Of a stretch of DNA of 64,000 nucleotides, positions 1-12,518 are shown piece after piece. The notes below the pieces were generated by a model. That model made no database searches. It worked only from the letters and a program-made list of their open reading frames with translations, and was not told the origin of the DNA. How positions within the stretch are numbered: the stretch's first letter is position 1; each line of letters begins with the position of its first letter. Origin of the DNA: Geosiphon pyriformis uo1 (Eukaryota > Fungi > Glomeromycota); assembly GCA_016748015.1 (NCBI GenBank), contig JAAOMT010000057.1:204763-268762 (forward strand), written 5' to 3'. The translations under genes and the position numbers were made by a program.

Positions 1-205
1 AAAAAATTACTGGCCACCACACTGAGAAAAAAATTTGATAGAATTGTAATTCCAGAAGGCTACTGAAAACAAACTATTAAATCTCTGTCCATTATACAAA
101 GAACTCCATAACCAAAACCTTCAAATATCAACACCCAAGTACCAACTAAGCACCAAGTTATGGATTTGTTATTTGACTTGAGACCCCAAATAATTATCTG
201 TAATA
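1..205 (+). mobile_element. 3' end of a Gypsy LTR (related to LTR 4663-5561), inserted into the pol region of the dUTPase Gypsy
   Basis: Matches 5355-5561 (…tccattatacaaag…aagcaccaa[g/a]ttatggatttgttatttga…aataattat[c/t]tgtaa[t/c]a) and ends in TGTAATA (decayed TGTAACA); pol-like coding sequence resumes at 206. Confidence 0.75.
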
Positions 206-329
206 ATACAATATGGCAACAAAGATAACAACAATTTGGACTCTGATTCAAATCCCAAAACATACATCACACTCCTTGATCTTACCAAGGAACAAGAACT
301 TAAATGGTTCAGTGATAATAATGAAGGTA

Positions 330-723
330 TTATGTCAGAATGCACACATGATACTGATGCAGAGTTTGATCTGAGATATCCAGAAAAAGATTCTATCAAA
401 TTGGAATCATATTTGCACACCTGCATTGATCTGAAAATAGCACTGGAAATTCCAATGACCACCATGATTTAATTAGTATTTAAAAGTAGTTAGCAAAAAA
501 GGGAATCAACATCAGAAAAGAAATAATTGACACAGAATATGTAGAAAATATCATTGTTATGCTACAAAATGACTCAGAAAAAGCATACATTATAGATCCA
601 AATGAAAAAATAGCACAGGCAATCTTCCTATATCTAGTGAAAATAGCTCAGCTAGTGTTAGTGGAAAACAGAGAAGAATTAGGGATCACAGCTAGATGGA
701 TACAAGGATTCGGATTAATAGGT
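330..723 (+). pseudogene. dUTPase domain of the Gypsy pol polyprotein
   Basis: All five trimeric dUTPase motifs in order across stops and frameshifts: DAEFDL (AGFDL), KSS*A (RSSLA), IIDTEYVENI (GIIDAGYxG), EKIAQAIF, RWIQGFGLIG (RGxxGFGSTG). Confidence 0.88.
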
Positions 724-1289
724 AGAATAGATGTATCAGTTAATATGATAAAGAAAAAAATTGTTGACAAAGAGAAATTATCTCAACCCGTCAATCAATT
801 TCCATTTTACCATATGACCAGTATATATTAGCCATAAAAAGAGAAGTAAAGAATCAAGCTCAATTGTTTGAAGCAAAAGCCACTATTTGTGAATCAGGAA
901 AAATTGGCCTCACTAATCTTTACATATTAGCCAAAAGCCCCAAAAATATCAAAATTCTCATCTACAATACAACCGAAAATGTTATTGAGATACCAAAAAG
1001 AACCACCATCAGATATTTAACCACTGAAGTTGAGAATCAACCACCAAACTACATTCCAGATTTTTCACAGCTTTGTGAATATGTGGATATCACATCACAA
1101 ATCATTTATAGACAAAGCAAATGCCATCAGCTTCAACTGGAACAATTGAAACAGATGAATTTGGGAAATTTAAACCCACTTCAATGGATGCAACTCAAGA
1201 TGTTACTCAACAACTTTAATCACATTTTTGCCAGTAAAAATGAATTTGGCAGGATTAACATAATCCAACACCAGATTAAGATTAAAGAT

Positions 1290-3840
1290 GCAATGCCAAT
1301 AAAACAAAGAGCATATAGAGTACCATCAGCCAACCATAAAATCATTCATCAAGAAATTAACTGAATGTTTGACAATGGGCTAATTCAGCCATCAATAAGT
1401 CCATAATCATCACCAATAGTACTAGTCCAGAAGAAAAATGGAAAAATCCGTTTTTGTGTGGATTATTAAAAACTAAATAGAGTAACTAAAAGTGATAGTT
1501 ATCCAACTCCAAAGATCCAAGAGCTATTTGATGCTTTTGAAGGAAATAAATGATTCTTGACACTGGATTTAGATAATGGTTATTGGCAAGTAGCCATGAA
1601 TCCAGCTTATAAAGAAAAAACAGCTTTCACAACACAAGAAGGGAATTTTGAATTTGAAGTTATGCCATTTGGCTTGATGAATATACCAGCAATATTTCAA
1701 TGGTTTATAGAAATTGTCTATACTGGACTACTGTAGAAATCAGTAATTGTTTACTTAGATGACACCAATGTGTTTTCAAAAACATTTAACAATCATCTAC
1801 ATCATCTCCAACAAGTGTTTGAAAGATTAGATTAAAGCTAAATGCAACCAAATGTTTCTTTGGAAAAACTGAACTTAAGTTTTTGGGGCATGTTGTAAGC
1901 AAAAATGGAATCAAAACAGATTCAGACAAAATTGAAATTGTCAAGAACTTTCCAGTACCAAATAATTTCACAAAATTAAGAGCATTCTTGAGATTTGCTG
2001 GATACTACTGCCACTTTATTAAAGACTTTTCCAAAATAGCTCAACCACTACACCAGCTTTAAACAAAGAACACCAAATATAAATGAACAAAAACCCAACA
2101 AGAAGCTTTTGATACATTAAAAAGAAAGCTTATTCAAGCCCCAGTATTAATCTATCCAGATCATAGCAAGTCATTCATAATTACAACTGATGTGTCTGGT
2201 TAAGCATTGAGAGCAGTACTATTATAGAAAGGACCAGATAAAAGAGAACATCCAGTAGTTTATGCCAGTAGAAGCTTAAGTCCAGCAGAAAAGAACTATG
2301 GAACACCAGTACTGGAACACTTAGCTATCTATTGGGCTGTCATCAAATGGAAAGAATACTTGAGTCAGAAGTTTAATGTATATACTGATCACAAAAGATT
2401 GACTTCAATCCAGAAGCAAAAATTTGGAGACAATTACTATACCAAATGGAAAATAGAACTTTCACTATTCAATTATACAGTACATTATAAAAAAAGAAAA
2501 AACAATGGAAATGCCAATGGATTGTTGCAAATGAGACAAATCAAAAAACATTTCAACCCAAAAATATAACAAAAGATGAATATACAAAAATACCAACAAC
2601 TCTAACATTATATAAATACCCAATTGTTCAAGGAGAAATTATCTTAACAAGAACAAAGAAGCATAAAACAACAATCAAAATATTTTATCAACCATCAAAA
2701 TATACTTTACCAAAAGAACAGAAGAAATCCAAATCAACCAACCAGAGTAATCACCGAACTGGAGAAAGAGACAATACTATTTAACATGTATTTAAATCCA
2801 ACAGCAGAACATTTTCATAAAGAAGCAATCATAGAAAGAACCAGAAAAAAATACTATTAGCTATTAATGTATCTGGACATTATTCAATACGTTCAAAGTT
2901 GTGATGCTTGTCAAAGAATAGGTGGAACAAAATCCAGTAAACCATTAAGACCAATTAAAGTGAGACAACCATTTGACCATATTGGAATTGACTTAGTAGG
3001 ACCATTGACAATTACCAGTAGAGGCAACAGATATATTGCAGTAGCTATAAATTATCTTACTAAATGGCCAGAAGCAAAAGCCATTCAAAGAGCAGATGCA
3101 GAATCTATTGCCAAATTCATCTATCAAGATTTGATTTGTTGACACAGATGTTCAAAAGAATTATTATCAGATTAAGGAATCCACTTTGTGAACAGAACAT
3201 TAACAGAATTAAGTCAAAGATTTGGAATTAAAAACCCATTATTATCACCATACTATTCACAAACAAGTGGCTTAGTTGAAAAATTTAATAGAACACTATA
3301 TGAAAGCAATAGCCAAAATTAGCCAAAAAAACCAAGACAAATGGGATTTGTTTATACCATCAGTATTATTTGCTTATTGGACAATAAAGCAAGATACCAC
3401 ACAAGCAACACTATTTAAATTAGTATATGGTAAAACAGCAACATTACCAGTTGAGATAAAAATTAAAACATATTCAACAGAACCAATAACAGAAGATAAT
3501 TTCCAAGAAACATTGTTGAAAAAAACATATGACTTAATGGAAACACTAGAAAACAAACAATGAAAAGCAGCTGATAACATCCAAAAGTCACAAGAAAAGC
3601 AAAAAAAATAACATGATAACCAACTACCAAATAAACCAGTTGAATTCAAGATTGAAGACAAAATACTATTACATTGTACCAAAACAGAAAAACAATGGAA
3701 TGGAAAATTTGACTCCAAATGGAATGAACCATTTCACATAGAAGAAATTCTAAGAAATGGAGCTTATAAATTAAGATGAGACAACAAAATCTTAGCCAAA
3801 GCAGTACATAGTGATCAACTGAAACCATATTACCAGATAG
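1290..3840 (+). pseudogene. Gypsy pol remnant: reverse transcriptase, RNase H, integrase
   Basis: ORF fragments 864-1364, 2360-2569, 2867-3142 and 3276-3563 plus motifs YLDD, zinc-finger HHCC and the rve core. Confidence 0.93.
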
Positions 3841-4014
3841 CATTATCATCTACCAATAATATTTCACAACTGGAAGTACAAAGAATACTAGTTCAACCAG
3901 ATAAGATTCTATGAAATCTGGAACCAATTATAATTATCAAACCAAACACATCAAATTGAACAACCAAAAAAGTATATAAAGACACAGTATATACAACAAA
4001 AGCAACCAAGAAAA

Positions 4015-4650
4015 ATGGAAATACCAGATTATATTCATACTATAGCTCAACAATTGTTTCAGGCCTTAAGTCAACAACAGTTAAACATGGAAATTGTTAT
4101 TAACAACCAAATAATTTGCTATCAAAACACCCAAAGAAAGACAAAAAATACACCATATTAGCAGTCACCAAAGAATGATAAAAACTGAAAAGATAACTTA
4201 ATAGAAAAAGTGAAGAACACTTTTGGAAAAATACTTATTATGGCACCAACAGAAGAGCTTACAAAAAAAAATTAGAAGCAATGGACAGAACAACTTCCAA
4301 TATTATACTGCTACTACCAGTTAAATCAAAAGTTAAATATTTAAAAGTTGTATATTAATAAATCCAAGAGAATATTCAATCAAGACATAATACAACAAAT
4401 TGAAGAATTTATCAGAAAAAAAACAAATTCAACACTACATGTTAAAACAATATACCGATTACACAACATATTTCAGAACTATTCAGAAATACTGTTATAT
4501 TCGGACATGAAAACTATAACCATTAACCAATAGGAAAGAATGAACAATACACAAGTAGAAGACATGAAAAACAGAGTCAAATAAACAATACTTGAAAAAA
4601 AAGTTTTAGAATTAATTCAAACCAAAGATTTTGATGGAGCTCAATATTAA
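4015..4650 (+). pseudogene. Extra ORF downstream of integrase (env position), function unknown
   Basis: ATG at 4015 (MEIPDYIHTIAQQLFQALSQQ…); ends DFDGAQY* immediately before the polypurine tract; homologous decayed copy at ~18250-18540. Confidence 0.6.
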
Positions 4651-4662
4651 AGAAGAAGATAA

Positions 4663-5561
4663 TATTATTCATAAAAGAAGAAAAACAGATATAGAAAAAT
4701 AGTAGACCAATAAAAGAGTAGTAGTTAGCACATGAGCACATTGCTCAGCAATATGAAGCAATATCAGAAATCACAGCACATTGCTTAGCAATATGAAGCA
4801 ATGTCAGAAATTATGGCACATCACTTAGCAATATAGAGCAATGTTAAGAAAATATGACACATTGCTCAACAATATAAGTATTGTTTGAGAAATTATAGCA
4901 TATTACTTGGAAATATGAGCAATCTCATAAAACCCAAATTATATATATATAGTGGTAGCATTAGAAATAGAAAAGACAGACCTCTTAGTTTAGATTTTAT
5001 CTAAGCCACCTTCTAATTCACAAATATTAATAAATAATTATTCTCTATCTCAAATCTATTCTCTACTATTAATACTTCATGTTGATAGTCATTGACCCTT
5101 AACCACTCTGGAACAATAGCTTTTGATTATAGCTATTGAGAAAATACTAATTTGCATATTGCCTTGGCTCATTTTTTTATTTCTTTCTATTTTTTTTTTT
5201 TCTTTGATTTTATTATTGCATATTAATTAATTAAAAATTAAAGTGCTGAATTATTGACATCACGAATAGTCTGGTAAAAAACCCAGAAATAAGAGTAGAA
5301 TCATATATATATTAATAGATAGCTTACCAGAAAGGCACGACTGCCAGAATAAACTGGCCATCATGCTGAAGACAGAAATTAGGAAAACAACTCACCAACT
5401 AACTATATTGTCATTGAATCTTTGTCCATTATACAAAGGACTCAACTCTAAAAACTTTCAAATACATCTTATATACCAGTATTACCAGCATTATCAAGAT
5501 ATTAAGCACCAAATTATGGATTTGTTATTTGATTTGACACTCTGAATAATTATTTGTAACA
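4663..5561 (+). repeat. 3' LTR of element 1, preceded by a polypurine tract (aagaagaagataa)
   Basis: Follows the PPT and ends TGTAACA; related copies at 1-205, ~17880-18200, 26473-27277 and ~33720-34090. Confidence 0.8.
4736..4925 (+). repeat. ~41-bp tandem repeat (about 5 units) inside the LTR
   Basis: Unit gcacattgctcagcaatatgaagcaatatcagaaatcaca repeated with transitions. Confidence 0.85.
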
Positions 5562-8500
5562 ATGTGTTCTATTGTTATCAATTATAGTAGTTTGTTTTTC
5601 AATGGTTAGAGTAGCATTTGAATAGTTTTTAATTCAATATTTATGAAAAATATAAAAGATGTTTTGAATGTTTTGATCCAAAAAATAATTGTTTATATTG
5701 ATTAGAAATATCTCTGTTTTAGAAATAATGCATTTATTTATATTTGATTTTTGCTGATCATTTAAGTTGATATTATTACAACAGATAACCAATCAGGTTG
5801 TTTGTAATATTTTTTGAATTGTGTACTATAAACAGAGTGATTATTAAAGATTGTTTCATATTGATCTTGTAAGATATAAAAACCATTGTTTAAAACTTTA
5901 TTGACTATAAAGAGTTTTTTCTACTGGTTAAAGAATTTATTATTATAGACATTGTTTCTGTTTAAGCAATATTCCAAAACTAAGTCATTAACACTTAAGA
6001 AAAGTGTTTTATAAATTTTTTTTTTTAAGCTTTTCTTAAAACTGTTTTATCTTTTCAAAGACAATTATTTGTGTTTTTATCAAGAAGTTAAGAATAGTAC
6101 CAGGTTTTTTTTACAAAATATCTTTGTAATTTTTTATTGTAATTTCTTTAAAGAATATTGTCTCAATATTAATTTCTATTGGTAAAGTTGCTATTTATCT
6201 ATAAAGCAAATAAAAAAGTTCATAATTTGTTATGTCATAATTTACAATTCTATAAACAAATAAGACTAAAAACAGCACTTTGTTCTATAAGTTTGTTTCT
6301 TTACTGGTTTTGGCTAAGATTTTAGATAAGATTCTGTTAAAACATTCCATTAGACTATTTGTTTAAAGGTAATAAAAAGAAGAAAATTTATGACATATTC
6401 CTATTTTTTTACAAAATTTTTCAACTAGTATATTGAGAAAAGTTTTTTTTCTGTCAGATAAAAGTTTTTTGAAGCAGCCATAATGGCAAATAATATTTTC
6501 ATAAATAAAATTGGCTATTAAAATTACTGTTTAGTCTGAAATGGCTTTTGTTTCTACTTATTTTGTAAGATAGTTAGTAACTGTGATAATGTATCTATTG
6601 CCATTAGAAGTTATTGTTAAAGGTCTAACAACATCTATGCTAATTTTGTCAAATAGTTGACCAACAAAGATTGGATGAATATCTTCTTTGCGATTAGGTT
6701 TTCCTTTTTTTTGGCAGATATCACAAATTTTAATGTACTTAACAATGTTTTTTTCCAAGATAGATTAATAATAGTGAGTTAAGATTTTCTGAATTTTTTT
6801 TGTTTTTCCAAAGTATTTAACTAATAAGTCAGTATACATGTTATATATTACAATTTTTTTTTCTTCAAATCTGATAATTTTTTGGGAGCAATTAGGATCT
6901 TTTTTATTTCTTTTGTAAAATTGGTTTTGGCAAATCAAATAAAAATTTGATTGTTTGTACAAATATTCTCTTTGCTGTTGAGTGTAATTTCGTTTTTTAC
7001 TCAAAAATTCTATTAAAACAGAATAGTTATTTAAGTTCATTATTGTGTTTTGTCAAGGAGGAAATATTAATAATTAAGTTGGTTTGGTTGAGAGATTGTA
7101 CTATTACTAGATAGTAAGTCTGGAAAGAGCATCAGTATTTTGATGATTTGTTTTTTTGTAATGTTGTATATCATAGTTAAATTTATCCAGATAGAGTATC
7201 TAGCAAGTTATTTTTTTGTGTTTCAGCTTTTTTTTGTTGCATAACCAAACCAAAGCTTGATGATCTGTTACCACTAAAAATTTCATACCAAGAAGATATT
7301 AATTCCAGTAATTAGTAGTTCAAATTACTGTTAAGTATTTCTGTTTAATAATTAAATAGTTTTGTTCTGCTGGTAAGAAAGTTCTACTGGCATATACTAT
7401 AGTATGTTTTCTGTTATTTTCATCTTTTTGTGAAAGGGCAGCACCAAGTCTATAGCCAGATATATTAGTGTGCAAAATAAAAAATTGGTCCAAATCAGAT
7501 TGTTTAAGAATTGGTTTAGTAACAAGTTTTTTCTTCAGAGTTTTAAAAGCTTTTTATTAATAAGTGTCCCAATAATAATTAACATTTTTTTTGAGTAGCT
7601 GATTGAGAGAAAAGGCAATTTTGGAGAAATTTTTGATAAATTTGTAATAGTAAGAAGCCAAATCAAGAAAAGAGTATAGTTTAGAAACATTCATTGGTTG
7701 TTTAATGTTCTGGACTTTTTTAACTTTAGCTAAATTATCTTTTATAATAAAATAACCAAGAAACTGGGTGGATTGTTGTCCAAAGAAAGATTTGATTGGG
7801 TTTATTTTAAGGCCAGCATTTCTAAGGAGATCAAAAACCTTTACAAGTGTTTAAAATGTTCATCCCAAATTTTTGAATATATTATTATGTTGTCTAAGTA
7901 GATTAAAACAAAGTTTTTTTTTACTGATTCAAATACTTTGTCTATTAGGCATTGAAAAATGGAAGAAGTATTAATAAGACCAAAAAACATGACTGTAAAT
8001 TCATAGGTATTATACTTAATAATGAAAACAGTTTTTTTTTTGCTTTCTGAATCTATTTTTACTTGTTAAAATCCAGCAATTAAGTCAATAGTTAAGAAAA
8101 AAGCAGCACTATTGAATTTGTTTCGCATTGCATTAATTTTGGGAAGTGAATATATGTCTCTTATAGTAATAGTATTTAATTAGCAATAATCAATACAGAA
8201 GCATAGAGTTTTATTTTTTTTGAATATTACTACAACTGGAAAAGCCTATTTACTCTTGGTTTTTTGTATGAATTCAAGATTTTTTATTCTACTTATTTCT
8301 TTTTTGATGAACTCATTATTGTGTTAATTGGATTGATAAAGCTTTAAATAAATGGAATGAGTTTTTCTGATAGTAATAGTGTGTTGTATTACATGAGTTT
8401 GTCTAAGGATATTATCTTCTTTTGAGATAATTGGACTATTTTTAGCCAACAAATTTTCAATATTTACTTTTCTTTTTTCAAGGAAAAGTTTTTTTTGTTC

Positions 8501-11500
8501 TATCACAAGTAATTAGATCTCAGATGGTTTATTTTTAAAAAACTTCTGTATTTCTTTTATTTCTTCTCTGGATATTAAACTAATTGGCTTTCAATCTTGT
8601 AATAGATTAGGCAAAACTTGTATTCATCACTAGAAAAATACAAAAGTTTATTGCACCAACACCTGGCACAAAGATCATACTATTAATAACTGTATTTGGC
8701 TTTCTTGCTAGGTTTTCTGTCAAAGGTTCTTCTCAGTATGTTATAATATGGCCAACAGATTAGCTTGCTATTTACAATAATTCTTTTTTTGTTAGCTTTA
8801 ATATTGTTTAGTGACTTGTCATTGCTGGTAAAAATAGTGTAAGTGAATTTAACAGTCTTTTCTTGTTCTTTTTTTTCATTACTTTTTTCATCATCTGATT
8901 TATCTGATTGTTTTTCTTCTTGGTTTTACTTAGGTACTGGAGGAATTATTCAATAGCAATACTTAATTACAATAAATTTTTTATCACATCTAATAATTAA
9001 TTCACAAAGTTTATAATCAAGCAAGACTTTTGTTTTTTTGAGCCATTTATTGCCAACAATTATGGTATATTCTTTGGCTTTAGATACTTCTATATCAGTT
9101 TTAATGCTAATGCCAATAATGTAAACAGAAATAGCTTTGGCTGTGTCCAAATTTTTTTTCTTGTTACCATGTATATTAATTATAGATTGGGTAGAAAATT
9201 CATCAATCTTTCTTCTAATGGCTTTTAGAAAGTATTTGGCAATAACACTTACAGATAATCTATTATCTAGAATCAAGTCAATGAAATAACCAGCCACTTG
9301 GACTTTGCAAATAAGAGGAATAATATTGCTGTTGTTAGCAAGTTTAGCTTAACAAAAGTACTTGTTGGTCTTTGGTGTTTTTTTCTTTAAAATCAAAGAT
9401 TTGTGAAGGTCTTTTTTGAATTGTAAATGGGTTATTAATTGGCCAAAAATTACATGCACTAAGGCTTCCATGAGATTTTTAATAATAAAATAGGGACCAG
9501 ATTTTTGTACTATTTCTGGAAGTTCTAACTTTAGAAAATTCTTAAAAACTTTAGTTTTTAGTGGCTTATTGTTATCAACAGTTGATAAAAAAGCTTTATT
9601 GAGGTCCAGAGCAAAATCAACTTTGGCTTTTTTTTTTTCTTGTTAAGTCAAAGGTGTTAATTGCTAATTCATCCATATTATAGTTATTATTAGTTAAATT
9701 AAAAGCATAAAAAAGATTTCCTTCTAGTTGGCTTGTACTTTTATCTTTTGGAAATACACTTACCAGTTTAAAGATTAATAAACAGTAGCTTCAACTAAAA
9801 GATTCTTTTCAAAAAAATTGATATTAACATAATTAGCTCTTTGATTTGGAACATTATTGTTGTTGGTTCTATTGTTCTAATTGTTATTGTTTCTAAAAGC
9901 TAGAAAGAATAATGAAAGATTGTTGTAATCTTTGAAAAAATGTTTATTTAATTCACAATAATAGCATACAAGTGGGCCATAATTTTGTTGTTTTTAATAT
10001 AATAATTGCTAAAGCTGATTAAAGCATGATTTAAATCTAGATTTTTGTAGTTGTTGGTTGTTTCTGACTGCTTGAGTTAATGGTTCTAATAGTTGAGCTA
10101 GATTTGCTGTAAGTTTATCTATCAATTATTTATTTGGATTTTGAATTTGGATAGCAAAAGAGATAGCAGCCATTTGTAAAACAGAAGCCATAACAAGAGC
10201 AAAAACTAAAAGTGTGGATTCTAGATATATTTTTTAATTGTTTTCTATTTTTTGGGCAAGTTTAATAGTCATATTTATTTTTTAAAGCCAGAAAGAGTCA
10301 AAGAGCATAGAAAAGATCAGTTTTCAATCTTTTTGTAAAAAAATAAATTTTTTGCTCTTCTATCTAATTTCTTCCAAAGTCTATTTGTTTGATTAGTTTT
10401 TTGATTGCTTTGGCATATTTAGTTACAACTTTACTAGGATCTTGAATTCTTTTTTCTAATTTTATATGTTATTTTGAGATTAAGATAAGAGTTTTAAATT
10501 TAGTTTCAAATTAGATTATAAAAGAGGTGTTTTTTTCTTCAATATTTGTTGGTGTTTATTTAATGATTTTTTGATAAGCATCAGCATCAGTTTCTTGTGA
10601 GAACCAAATAGCAAAAGAGCCTTGGAGATAGCCATCAACAATTTAGAACTTATATTTAGCATTATATTAATTAGCAATAGCTGCTTTTTTAAAATCATCT
10701 AACCATTTAATTGGATCTTATGTATTATTTCTAAATAAAAGTAATAGAATATTGTTTCTTTGTTCTAAAACAATTTATATGAAGAATGGCCAGAATGTTT
10801 TGTTGTATAGAGTTATTAGTTATTGGTTTAGAAGTAGCTGTTTGTGTGGAATGTTTTGATTCACTTAAAAAGAGATCAAAAACAGAAGTGGTTTAATAGC
10901 TTTTTTCTTCTGTTTCAAAGTGAGTTTTAACTAATTAATGAGCAACAATCCAAATGTGAACTTGGTAGTTCAAGTATTCAGAATCAGAGAGCTGTTGTTC
11001 AAAAATTGTGAAATATAAAAACTAATTGATGTTGTTATTTTTTTCTTCAAAGTTGTTTTCAAAATAAGTTTGGTTAAAGTAATAAATTGTATAAACTGTG
11101 TAGATTTCAGCTGAATGCTTATTTAAAAACCAGTTTCAAAAGTCTTGGAATTGTTTACTGAATTGTTTTTTAATGAGAAAGCAAATCAAGCAAGAAGACA
11201 AAAAATTAAGTTCAATAAAGTCTAGGTTGTTTTTGTTGTGTGCTTTAAAGTATTCTTTTGATTATTGTAGCAAGTATAAATAATTATCTATATAATAAAA
11301 AACAAATTAGATTTTAACAATCTTATAGAGAGCACTACTTTTATGTTATGGATTGGAGTAACAAGTTAACAGATAATAAGAGAGAACAAAATTGTATGGT
11401 AATGGAAATAATCAAAGAGAGAATTACAATAAGGGAGTGAATTGAATGAGTAAAAATTTAATGTGCATGATCAGTCTCATAAAAATTACAGTTGCAAATC

Positions 11501-12081
11501 TTTTCTAAAAATTTGAAGATAGAGAAATAGTCTATAATTGTTAACAAAATAATACTGCTGCTATTATTTTATGTCTTCACTTGACAATTCTTAGAATTAA
11601 TAACAGGTATTATTGTGTTTTTCAATTGTTTCTTTATTTAATGAATTACAAAAGCAAGCAATCGCTTTTTAGGCTAATTTTAACAATACAAATCAAGAAG
11701 AAAAAAAAATAAGATATGTAAATATTAACAAGTAATTTTTTATTTCAAGATGTTTAGATACTTAAAGATAGAAAAAAAAAATAAGTAATATGAGAGGAAG
11801 TAATTGATAGTGGGTTTTATTTCATTACTTTGATTATATCTTTTTACAACTAAGAAACTTATTACTTATATAGTTATTGAAAATGGTTAATAAACAGATC
11901 AATAACTAGGTCAATAATTAGGTCAATAATCAAATTAATAATTAAGTTATTGATCAAATCAATATTAGATTAATAATTAGATCAATAATCAGGTCATTAA
12001 TTAGGTCAATAATTACTAACTAAAAATAAGATAGCTAATACATATAATAGCTAATAAAAAGTATGAGTTTTAATCATAACA
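5562..12081 (-). mobile_element. Ty3/Gypsy LTR retrotransposon (element 2), decayed; 3' end interrupted by element 1
   Basis: Minus strand: gag (~9900-10800, zinc knuckle CYYCE), aspartic protease-like region (8950-9297), RT (YLDN at 7889-7900), RNase H (~7100-7500), integrase (CDICQK…ISIDVVRPL, 6558-6758). No dUTPase seen. Confidence 0.92.
11344..12081 (-). repeat. 5' LTR of element 2 (~740 bp)
   Basis: TGTTATGG…AATCATAACA inverted termini; internal 12-bp tandem repeats (tcaataattagg, ~11900-12015); same family as the split LTR at 26083-26472 + 30524-30901. Confidence 0.85.
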
Positions 12082-12518
12082 ATATATTTGAATTAATAAT
12101 TACAAAAATTTTATAATAAATTATTAGGTTTTTTTTTAATTTATTATTAATTTTAGATATATAATAATTGAAAATTAATTACCAGAATTTAAAAATAAAA
12201 TTGATTAAGATTTAAATTTATAAATAATATAAAAAATTAAATTTATATATTTAAAATATTTGTTAAATTTACAATAGATTTATTATTATTATATAATAGT
12301 TATTTTATTAAATTTTTATTAAAACTATTATTTTATAATACTTATTATATATTATTTTTTATTAATTTTATAGTTTTGTAATAAAATATTTATTTATTTA
12401 TGTTTTTAAAATAAAAAGCTAACCAAATTACTTAATTTATTATAGTTTTTAAATTTGTTAATTATTTAAATATTTTTTTAATATGTAAGTTAAATTAATG
12501 AATAAAACACAGCAAAAA

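Larger units (their letters stand above)
206..5561 (+). mobile_element. Ty3/Gypsy LTR retrotransposon (element 1), decayed: dUTPase-RT-RNase H-integrase-extra ORF-PPT-3'LTR
   Basis: Domain order RT-RH-INT. RT: PIKQRAYR, FCVDY, YLDD at 1752-1763. RNase H: TDVS…VVYASRSL…YTDH…ANGL. Integrase: CDACQR…PFDHIGIDLVGPL…WPEAKAI. Many stops and frameshifts. Confidence 0.95.

Noticed and set aside
4736-4925. CRISPR-like array
   Set aside because: Contiguous tandem units with no unique spacers, inside an LTR in eukaryotic DNA, and no cas genes
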